64,000 nucleotides of DNA from NCBI GenBank assembly GCA_016748015.1, contig JAAOMT010000776.1, positions 310,001 to 374,000 on the forward strand, in the 5' to 3' direction. Made by a program: the position numbers and the translations under genes. Positions within the stretch are counted from its first letter, which is position 1, and each line of letters opens with the position of its first letter. Source of the DNA: Geosiphon pyriformis uo1 (taxonomy: Eukaryota; Fungi; Glomeromycota). The notes beneath the pieces are model-generated. The model had not been told where the DNA came from. It worked only from the letters and a program-made list of their open reading frames with translations, and did not search any database. Shown here piece by piece: positions 10,576-22,118 of this stretch.

Positions 10576-13500
10576 AGAATAGATATACTAGTTAATATGA
10601 CAAAAAAAAAAGTTATTGACAAGAGAAAAATTATTTTTACCCATTAATCAATTTTTATTCCACCATATGACTAGTATTTAATAATTATAGAAAAAAAAGT
10701 AAAAGATCAACCCCAAATTTTCAAAACAAAAGCCACTATTTGTAAATCAAGAGAAATTGCTATTATTAATCTCTATATACTGATTAAAAATTACAAATAC
10801 ATCAAAATTTTCATTTACAATACAACTAAAAACACTATTGAAATACCAAGCAGAATTATTATTAGATACTTAAGCATTAAAGTTGAAAACCAACTACCAA
10901 GCACTATTTCAGATTTTCCACAACTTTGCAAATATGTGGATATTATATTATAAACAATATATAGACAAAAAAAATGTTATTTGCTCCAACCAGAACAATT
11001 AGAACAAATAAACTTAGAAAACTTAGACTTACTCCAACAAATACAGCTTAAAATATTGCTTAACAATTTTACTGATATTTTTGCCAGTAAAAATAAATTT
11101 GGCAGAACTGACATTATTTAACATCAAATCAAGATTAGAGATACTATGCCAATTAAACAATGAGCATACTAAATACTACCAGCCAGTCATAAGATAATCC
11201 TACAAAAAATCAACAGAATGTTGGATAATAGATTAATTCAATTATTAATGAGTTTATGGTTATTACCAATAGTACTAGTTCAGAAGAAAAATAGAAAAAT
11301 CCACTTTTGTGTAGATTATAAAAAACTCAACAGTATTACTCATGGAAACAGCTATCCGACTTCATGGATTCAAGAATTATTTGATGCTTTTAGAAAAAAG
11401 AAATAGTTTTTAACATTAGATCTAAACAGTAATTATTGGCAAATAGTCATAAAACTGAAAGACAAAAAAAAAACCATGTTCACTACAAGAGAAGTGAATT
11501 TTGAATTTAAAGTAATGCTATTTGGTTTAATCAATGCACCAGTCACCTTCCAACAGCTCATAGAAATTAGTAGTTATTTATTTAGATAACACCAATGTAT
11601 TCTCAAAAACATTTGATAATCATCTTTATTATCTACAACAAGTGTTCAAAAGACTAAGACAAGCAAAGCTAAAGTTAAATATCACTAAATGCTTTTTTGG
11701 CAAAACAGAACTAAAATTTTTGGAACATGTCATAAGCAAAGATGACATCAAGACAGATTCAGATAAGATTGAAATTGAGATTGTCAAAAACTTTTCAGTA
11801 CCAACAAATCTTACAGAATTAAAAGCATTTTTGAAATTTGCTAAATATTACTGCCAATTTATCCAGAATTTCTTCAAACTGGCTCAACCACTTCACCAGC
11901 TTCAAATTAAAAATATGAAATATGAATGGACTGAAGCTCAACAAAAAGCTTTTAACATTTTAAGAAAAAAACTTATTTAAGCACCAATATTAATCTATTT
12001 AGATCATAGCAAGTTATTTATTATTACTACTAATACATTTGGTCAAGCATTGAGAACTGTATTATCTTAGAGAAAACTGAATAAATAAGAACATCCAGTA
12101 GCATATGCCAGCTGAAGTTTGAGTTCAGCAGAAAAAAACTATAACACTAGTACTAGAATACTTAGTTATCTATTGGACAGTCATCAAATGAAAAGAGTAT
12201 TTAAGCCAAAAATTTAATATATACATAGATTACAAAGGATTGACATCAATTCAAAAGCAAGAATTTAAAGATAACCACTATGCCAGATAAAAAATAGAAC
12301 TTTCATTATTTAAATATATAGTACATTATAAAAAAAAAAAAAAATAGAAATGCCAATGGTTTGTTATAAATAAAACAAATCTAAGAATATTTTAACTCAA
12401 AAATATAACAAAGGATAAACACACAAAAATATCAACAATTCTGATATTATATTAATACTCAACAGTTCAAGAAAAAATTATCTCAAAAAGAACAAAATAA
12501 CATAAAACAACAATCAAAATATTTTATCATTTACCAAAATATACTATATTAAAAAAACAGAAAAAATTTAAATCAATTACTTAGAGTAATCACAAAACCA
12601 GAAAAAAAAACAATACTATACAACATGCACTCAAATTTAATAGCAGAACATTTTTATAAAGAAACAATTACGGAAAAAACTAAGAAAAAATTTTATTGGC
12701 CATCAATATATTCAGACATTATCTAATATGTTTAAAATTGTGATGCTTGTTAAAAAAAAGAAGAAACAAGACCCAGTAAACCATTAAGACCAATCAAAAT
12801 AGAACAATTATTTAATAGAATTAGAATTGACTTAGTTGGACCATTAACAATAATCAGCAGAGACAATCATTATATAGTAATAGTCATGGACTATCTTTAC
12901 AAAATAGCCAAAAGTGAAAGCAATTCAAAGAGCAGATGTAAAATTTATAGCCAAATTTGTTTACCAAGATTTGATTTGTCGACATGAATGTCCAAAAAAA
13001 TTATTATTAGATTAAAGAACTTACTTTGTAAACAGAACATTAACAGAATTAAGCCAAAAATTTGGAATCAAAAAACTATTATTATTACTATCTCATCTAC
13101 AAACAAACAGTTTAGTTGAAAGATTCAACAGAATATTGTGTAAAGCAATTGTCAAAATCAGTTAAAAAAACCAAGATAAATAAGATTTGTTAATATTATT
13201 AGTACTATTTGTTTATTGAACAATAAAGCAAGATACTATACAAGCAACATCATTTAAACTTGTTTATGATAAAACAGCAATATTACCAATAGAAATAGAA
13301 GTCAATATGTATCCAACTAAACCAATAACAGAAGACAACTTTCAAAAAACATTGCTAAGAAAAACATATAACTTAATAGAAACTTTAGAAAACAAAAGAT
13401 AAAAAGCAGTTAATAATATTTAAAAATCACAAAAAAAACAAAAAAAATGACATGATTACCAGTTACCAAATAAACCAGTTAAATTTAAGATTGAAAACAA

Positions 13501-14498
13501 AATACTCTTATATTATACTAAAATAGAAAAACAATGAAGTGAAAAATTTAATCCCAAATGGGATGGACTATTTCATATAGAAAAAATTCTAGAAAAAAGA
13601 GCTTATAATTTAAGATAAAACAACAAAATCTTAGCTAAAGCAGTACATGGAAATTGATTGAAACTATATTACAATATAACATCATCATTCATCAGTAATA
13701 TTCTACAACTGGGAGTACAATGAATATTAATCCAACCAAATAAGATTCCATAAGATTTAGAATCAATTATAATCATCAATACAAACATGTCAAATTAATC
13801 CAACAGAATAATATATAAAAACATAATATATGTGACAAAAGCAACAATAAAGATAGAAATTACTAACAACATCTACTTATTTGCACAAAAACTATTCCAA
13901 CTAATTCAATAACAGAACATAGAAATTACAATCAACCAACAAACTATTTGATACAAGAAGAATAAAAAAAAACCCCAATACAAAGTGCAAAGAAAACTGG
14001 AAAACACCATAAACAAAATAATAACAAAAGTAAAATTGTTAATGAAAATACCAAAAACAGCTGTACCATACCAGAAATTGACAAAAAAAACTTGAAATTG
14101 GTAAATACAACAATTTTCAAAAAACTTTTGTTATTATTACTTGGAACAAAACCTGAATATTTAAAACTTGTATACTGACAAAACAAAACAGTTATTCAAT
14201 ACAACAATATTACAACAACTTAAACAATTTGTGAAAAAAAGCAATCTGTTTACACAAATCAGAGCTATATATTGATTACATACAGAATTTTAAGATTGAT
14301 TAGCAATACTACTTAATCCAGTGATAGATACAGTTATTATTAACCAATTGGGTAAAATAACTAATGCCCAATTTAAAGAATTACAGATCAAAATAACCCA
14401 TGTAATTCTCGAAAAAAAAGTTCAAAAATTAATCAAAAATGGAGAATTAAGAGATATAAGAGATTTTGATAAAGCTCAATATTAAAAGAAGAGAATAA

Positions 14499-15398
14499 TG
14501 TTATTTATAAAATATAGAAATTATATATTAGTAAATAAATTAGCCAATTAAAATAGACATAGTAAAAGTAGAATTCCAGGATTCCTTTCAGAGGAATTGC
14601 AGAATTCCAGAATTACAGGATTTTCATAGAAGAAATTACAGGATTTCAGACTAAGAGAATTAAAAAATTCAAGGAATTTTGTACAATAAAATTTATGTAT
14701 ATATAGCAGTAGTATTAGAAACAAAAAAGACAGAATTGATAGTTTAGAATCTTCAATTCTCATTCCAGACTCATTTTTTTATATGATAATATTTTATGAC
14801 TTGAAGTAGAAACATATCAATAAAATATTTATTAAATATTATAATTTATCTTTTTATTATCAGCAATTTATGTTAATAGCTGCCAATACTTAACTATATT
14901 AAACCAATAGCTCTTAATTATGGTTATTAACAGAATACTAACTTTTTCTTGTTTTGGCTTATCTCTTTATTCTTTTTTTATTATCTTTTTTATTTCTTTT
15001 ATTTCTTTTCTTTTCTTTTTGGTTTATTGTGAATTTACTAATTGATTAAAAAATTAACATATAGAGTATTAACATCAAGATATAGTATTGGTAAAAGACT
15101 CAAAAATAAGAGTGAACACTCAAAATTAAGAATAGCTTACCAGGAAATTATTGGCTATCAAGCTGAAAAAGAAATTGATGGAATATAGATATTCTGGAAA
15201 GTGACAAACAACAAAGCACACCAATTCAAAGATTGAAAAGAAACTAAAAATATTACCAAAAGATATCACTATTGAATCTCTGTCTATTATATAAAGAACT
15301 CAACCAAAACCTTTAAATATCACCAACCATATTAATTATTAAGCACCAAGTTACAGATTTGTTATTTGTTTTCAGATCCCAAATAATCATCTGTAATA
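14499..15398 (+). repeat. 3' LTR of element B
   Basis: Follows the PPT; TGTTA...TGTAATA; differs from the 5' LTR almost only by transitions plus an indel in the U3 repeats. Confidence 0.92.
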
Positions 15399-16980
15399 CT
15401 GGTTTCTGTTTGGTTTGTTTTTCTGGTCAAATTTATCAATAAGAGTAGTCTGTCAAGTAATAAGCTGTTGTTTTTTTGTTCTATTTTTACTAATTCTTTT
15501 TGTAACTTTGGCTATATTAGTAAATGTTTACTGGATCCTGAATTGGGTTTTGTGATTGTTTACATAAATGGCTCCATTAAAGATTTGGGTTCATTAAGTG
15601 TTTGTGGTAATGCTATTGTTTATTTTTTGGATATAGACACTAGTGTTGAGATTAAGATAAATGAGTTGCTATTCTTGACTCTGGTAGAACTGTAGACCAT
15701 CATTCTCACTTTGGAGTATGTGTTTGCTTTTTAGTCAATTACCTTGTTTACAAACAGTCAAGCTTTACTGAACATGTGTAGCTCCAACAGTAGTATATCT
15801 GGCTCTGACTTTCATGACAAATGCTGGATCAAAAAAAACATATTCATCAGGTCATTTCAAAAAAAAGTTTGTTGGTTACTTGGAAAAAAATCAAAAATCA
15901 TTCTGGTAATATTAGAAATAAACATGCCAATTTTTATGCCAATACTGCAGTTACTTTTAGGTTTTTTTGTCTTTTGTAATGCCATATTGGTTTCTCAATA
16001 TTTAAAGCAGGCCTGTTTTTGAAAATGCTTATCATTTTGCTAAAAAATTATTTAATGCAATTAATTTTGTTGGATAAGAAGCCAAGTGTATTGGCAGTAT
16101 TATGAATGTAAATTTTTGTGGTGGTTTTGATGTGGCCAGAACTTTTAATGTTTGACATCTTGATAGAAAGATCCAATCTGGTTTTATCAGCTCTGTATTG
16201 ACAACACTTTAGTCATATTTTATAAAAGTGCTATACCATTATTTGCTAGTAGCTAAGAGAAAAAAAATATATAATTCAAGATATTCAAGTGTTGCTTGCA
16301 TTTGGTGTGGAATGATAGAAGACTCTAACCACATATTTTCTTGTGCTTATGACAACAAGATTAGAGAACACTTATTGTCTGATGCTGCTCTAAAATGGAA
16401 TATGTTGTTGGGCACTTCCACTAATGGGAATGTGGTTGTTTGATCTTTGAGTAAGACTGTTTTTTTTATTGATTTGTATATAGCACTGGCTAAGAGATTT
16501 GTTTTAAAAAATTGAGTGGTTGACATGATAAGCCATTTGGACATTGATTTTAGTGATAATATAATGATTGTTAAATTGATTTGTTGTATTATTGAGTCAC
16601 AGATTTGCTGTTTGGTTACCTGCAGCTAAGTTGAGATTCTACTATAAGAAGCACAATCTCCTATCATGTGATGGTTTTTCTTTTTCTTTAGTGTTTGATT
16701 TGTTATCTTTGTGGTCTTCTGAGATGATATGGGCTTTCAGTATTAGATTAGGTATCTATGTATGCTTTGGGTTGTATTCATGTCTGTTCAAGTTGGATTT
16801 TGGTTTCTTGAATAATATACCCATAGTGAATAGCTTGAGTGTATAGTGCTGTCTTAATTGGTCCAAATGACTGGTTATATATAAAAAAAGCATGAGCCAT
16901 GCGTAATTTAGGATTTGTTTTGGTTTTATGTATTTAGATAGTAGTTGGGCTGTACTCATAAAACTTTAATAATAATAAAA
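15399..16980 (+). mobile_element. 3' end of LINE (lineage 1): RNase H, CCHC finger, 3' UTR, (TAA)n tail
   Basis: RNase H remnants VYINGS, TLVEL, FTNSQ, KNHSG; CIWCGMIEDSNHIFSC; stop 16844-16846; 3' UTR homologous to 43395-43260; TAATAATAATAAAA tail. Confidence 0.88.
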
Positions 16981-16999
16981 TATTATTATTTTAATTTAT

Positions 17000-17889
17000 T
17001 ATTTATTATCTTATCAAATTATTCGAACTATTATTCAATTAATAATCTAATTTGTACAAAAAACAAATAAAGCCAAATTACAATAATTGTATTATGTAAT
17101 ACACTAAACTATATAACATTTAGAGTTTACCAAAATATTTAATAATTTAATAGAATATTCAACAATTTATTAAAATAATTTATAATTTGCAGAAATAACT
17201 TGTAGTTTAACAAAATATATTTTTAGTCTGTTAAAATATTAGAAAAAAAAGAGTGCTAAATTATAGAATAGTACTATAATAAATTATATAAAAAAAACTT
17301 CTCTTTTTAAAAAAATATATCTTAATTAAAACCAATATTTTTTTAATATCTTATATACAAATCAATTTTAATAAAACTTATTTTGAAAACATAAAAATTC
17401 TCAATTATTTCTATTACAAGTTTAATTATTATACTAACAATTTGAAATTAACTAGCTACTAATTTTAATAAACTATTATTAATTTTTAGACCTAAATTTA
17501 AAACAACTTTTTTAACATATTTTTTTAATTTTTTTTTTCTTTTATCTTTTTTTTTTCTTTTTTTTTCTTTTATTATTAAGTAGTATACAGTCGAGATTTT
17601 TTGTAAAAAGTTAACTTTTACAGCAAAATAACTATACATATTTTAAAGAGCTTACAAATGAAATTTTTTTGTAAAAAAATCAATTTTTATTGCAAAATAA
17701 CTATATAAATAATTGGTATAAAATTGATTATTTTATTATAAATCTAACAATATACACAATTTAAAGTATAAAAATACTTTGAAAGAAAAATTAACTTATT
17801 AAAAGTTTACTGATTTCTATTAAAAACAAAATTAACTGCAAAACAGCATTAATAACATTACAAAAAAAGTAAAAAAATCTCTGATAACA
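17000..17889 (+). repeat. Eroded solo LTR, family E (5' boundary approximate)
   Basis: 17100-17890 aligns with 40590-41273; ends CTGATAACA with no PBS after it. Confidence 0.6.
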
Positions 17890-18849
17890 ATACAAAAAAA
17901 AATTTATTATATTTTAAATTTAAATTTTTATAAAAATAATTGATAGTTCTAATTTTTATAACTTTTTTTTTGTTTATAGCTTTAAACTTAATATATTTGT
18001 AAATATATTTATGTAATTTTAAATATTAGATCAAAAAAACTAAGCAATCAAATAAGTTATATTTTATAATTTCTTAATGTTCTTTTAAGATTTTTGCTTT
18101 TTTTGTTTAATTTTTACTTTAGTATTTTGTATAATACTTTAATATTTTTATTTTTTTAGTTTTATTATGCAAAATTTTTTTGAATTTTGTAATATAAATT
18201 AGAAAATTATGCTAAATTTTTAAATTAATAGTAAATTATAGATTTATTAAAGTTTAATAAACTTTTTATTATTTATATTAATGATTTTTATGATTTTTTT
18301 GTACTAAACATTAGAAAAGTTATATTATTTACAATAATCTTTAAAATAGTTAGAATTAAAATGGTTTAAATGATTTTAAAATTTTAAAATAATAATATTA
18401 GTTATAAAAAATACAAGAAATCTTGAATAAAAATTAAAATTGCCAAATATTCTTTAATTTTTTTTTAATTTTTTGTGAAAATTTATGTTAAATTTTTATA
18501 TATATATTAGTATACTTAATACATAAATTGAATTTTTGATATACTAAATTTTTTATGTTTATTATATAATTATATTTAAATATATTATAAAATCTTTAAT
18601 GTTAATTTGTAAAAGTTTTATAAATATAAACTTATTATATTATAATATATTTAAAAAAAACTTGCATATTAAAAAAATTTGACAATAAATAAATCAAAAA
18701 TACAATATTAAAGACATAATATATTAGAAAATAATAAAAGATATATTAAATTAAAAAATAAAAAATGCTTAGATTAGAAAATAAAATATATATTAAATTA
18801 AAAAATGAAAGACACAAATTTATAATTATTTTTATATAAATAAAACAAT

Positions 18850-20603
18850 ATAATAAGTTAAAATGTTTAGACTAATATATTTTTATTATAATTTTAATTA
18901 TAAGTTTGATCATATTTATTATATTTTAAAAATAGTAGTTAAACAAATATATAACTTAATAAAAATACTAAAAAACAAAAAAAAAGTAGCTGATAACATT
19001 AAAATATTACAAAAAAGACAAAAAAATATAAGATTAAAAATAAAATATTATTATATTATATTATATTAAAACAAAAAAACAATAGAGTAAAAAATTCGTC
19101 CAAAATAAGATAAATTATTTTATTTTGAAAAAATATTTGAAAATAAAGCATATAAATTACAATTAAAAAACAAAATTTTGATTAAAATAATACATAATAA
19201 ACAATTATAATTATATTATAATAAAATTTTATTAATATCTAATATGCTATAATTAATAAAATTTAGAACTAATTATTATTATTAAAGTCAACATGTTTCA
19301 AAAAAAACAATTTAAATATTTTTATATAATAAATTATGAACATAAATAAATAATTATATAAAAAAAATTGTAAAAAAAGTAAAAAAAACTTTTAAAAATT
19401 CATTAACAATTGTTCAATTTAAAAAACTAACAAAAACAACTAAAAAAATCAAAAAAAAACAATCCAATAATATACTATTATTATTATTAAAAACAATAAT
19501 TAAATATTTAGACATTATATATTAACAGATTCAAATAAATATTTAACAAAAAAATAATACAACAAATAGAACATTTTATTAAAAAAATAATATATTGACT
19601 ATATATAATCTTTTACAAATATAATAAAATATTATTATACTTAGTTATAAAAATATTAATAACAAATTAACTAGAAAAAATAATTAACTTATAGTTTAAA
19701 AAATTAAAAATAAAAATTTTTAATATTATAATAGAAAAAAAAATAATTGAACTTATTTAAAAAAAAATTAGAAGATTTTGCTAAAGCTTAATATTAAAAA
19801 GAAAAAAATAATATTATTTATAAAATAAAACAAAAATAATAAAATAATATAATAATCAATAGCATAATATAAATTATTAAAGCATATAATATTAAAAATT
19901 TTAAAAATACCAGTAAAAATTCCAAAAATTTTAGTAATAATTCATAAAAATTGTAAAAATTTTAAAAATTTTATATTATAAAGATTTATATATATAGTAA
20001 GAATATTAAAAACAAAAAAAACAAATAAATTAAGTTAAAAACAAATTTAGTTTTTATCTTATTAAATATTTTTTATGATTTATTCCAATAAATTTATTAA
20101 ATTATATTATATAATTACAATTTTATAAATTTATACTTATTTTATTAAAATTTAATTACTTTTATATTAATTTTAATAATATTAACATAATAGTATTAAT
20201 AATATAAAACAATAGTTTTTGATTATAACTATTAATAAAATATTAATTTTTTATTTTATTTATTTATTTATTTTTTTTGTTTTGTTTTGTGATTTATTAA
20301 TTAGTTAAAAAAAAGTGTTGTGATTATAATATTAAAAATTAATTGATAAAAATACTAAAAAAAAATGTAGAATATAGTCAAAAAAACTAAAATTGCTTAC
20401 CAAAAAAATAAAAAACACCAAAATAAATTAATTACTATATTAAAAAATTTAAATACTAAGTATTATTTAATATTTATCTTGAATTTTTGTTTATTATACA
20501 AAAAACTCTATTACTAAAACTTTTAAAATTTTAAAATTTTTAAATTAATAAAACTTGAATACCAAGTTATAAAAAATTTAATAATTTTAGAATTTAATTA
20601 TAA
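18850..20603 (+). mobile_element. Extremely AT-eroded Gypsy 3' relic (integrase end, ORF3, PPT, LTR ~19810-20603)
   Basis: 18945-19200 aligns with 3390-3700 (YNLIKILKNKKKVADNI); AAAGCTTAATATTAAAAAGAAAAAAATAA PPT junction; LTR-like end TATAACA. Confidence 0.7.
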
Positions 20604-22118
20604 CAATAATTATATATTTTCTATAATTATAAAATATTAGATTTTAATTAATTATATATGATTTTTTATTATATAATATCAAAAAATCAGAAAAATATAA
20701 AAAAATATTTAATAAAAATTTTTTAATATGTTTATTTATTAATATAAATTAATAATTTATATCTTAAATAATACTATTTTATTAAATTTGAAAAAAACAA
20801 ATTTTATAACTGTTTTGAAAAGATAAATAAATTTTTTTTTAATAATTTTTTTTTAATTTATATGTATATTTATATATTTTAAATTATTATTTATTATATA
20901 TTTATTTTTATAGTTATTTTATTGTCTAGTTTAAACTTAATTTAAATATAAATATAAATGAAATAATTTATTAAAATTTTAAGAAAATAAAGATTTTTAA
21001 AATCTATTTATTTAAAAAAAATTTTTTTATTTGTTTTAAGAATTTTTTTTAATTGTTAATAAATTAATATTTAATACATAAAACTTTACTTAAACACAAT
21101 TTTTTTTATAAAAGCTAAAGCAAAAATTTTTGTTTTTTTAAATATACAAAAAAAACAAGAATATTATAATTACTTAAAATATTAAAATTAAACTGCTTAA
21201 TAGTCTTTTTCAACAAAAAACTAGATACAAGTATTTTAAATAATTGTATTATTTATAAATTAAAAAATATTTACATCTTTATTAACAATAAAACCAATTT
21301 TTTTAACATAATATTTTCTTTTATTTTTAATATTTAATATTATTATAAATATTATTAACTTTATTAATATAAGATATAAATTTAAAAGTCATGTTAAACT
21401 TGATTATTTTTATATTCAATATATTAATAAATAAATTTACTATTAATATTTTAATATTAAGCTTTCTGGTTTTTTGTTTATTTTATCAAAAATAGACTTA
21501 AAAATATCTTTTTATTATTATTATTAATAACAGAAATGCTTATTGTATTTAATTTTATAAATAAAGATGTATTAAAAAAAATAGCTTAAAAAATTGAAAA
21601 AAATAAAGTGTTAAGATATTTTTTTTGTTTTTTTTGATTAAAAAATTATTAAATTTTATATTTATAATATTATAAATTTTATTTTTATTAATTAAATTAA
21701 TTTTAATTTGCAAGTTTAAAATAAAAAATATTAAAACTTTTAAAAACAATAATTTTTTTGAAATTAACAATAATAAAAATTCAATTTCATTAAAACCATA
21801 TTTTTCATTAATACTTATTGCATATCACAAATAAAATATTAAATTGTGACATAAAAATCTTGTAAAAGATTAATATTTTAAAATTAAAAAATTTTATACA
21901 GAAAGTAAATTTTCAAAATTCACTAATAAGTCCACATATATTAAAAAAATGTTTTGTGGTTTGAATCTAATTGAAAATCAAAAAAGCCATTTGCCCTAAC
22001 ATTAAAAATAACCCATGTTAAGCCAAGCCAAAAACAATACATATTGGTAGCTTTCGCCTTAAAAATCAACCAAAAATTCCCAACCAAACAATTAAATTAA
22101 AACACAAACTCCAATTAT

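Larger units (their letters stand above)
5380..15398 (+). mobile_element. Full-length Ty3/Gypsy element B (gag-PR-Cys-rich insert-dUTPase-RT-RNase H-IN-ORF3), inactivated
   Basis: LTRs 5380-6332 and 14499-15398; PBS 6335-6351; zinc knuckle CHNCGK*SHIKVDC ~8030; protease LILDSG ~8715; RT FCVDYKKLN ~11310 and YLDN ~11580; RNase H ~12000-12370; HHCC and integrase core ~12600-13300; PPT 14484-14498; 4-bp flanks CCAG/CTGG. Confidence 0.95.

Noticed and set aside
13680-13800. Chromodomain at the integrase C-terminus
   Set aside because: No aromatic-cage (Y-x-V-K-W) pattern; short non-conserved tail.
17448-21770. K/I/N/F-rich ORFs in AT tracts (17448, 21555; also 39265, 41243)
   Set aside because: Compositional artefacts of eroded TE DNA.
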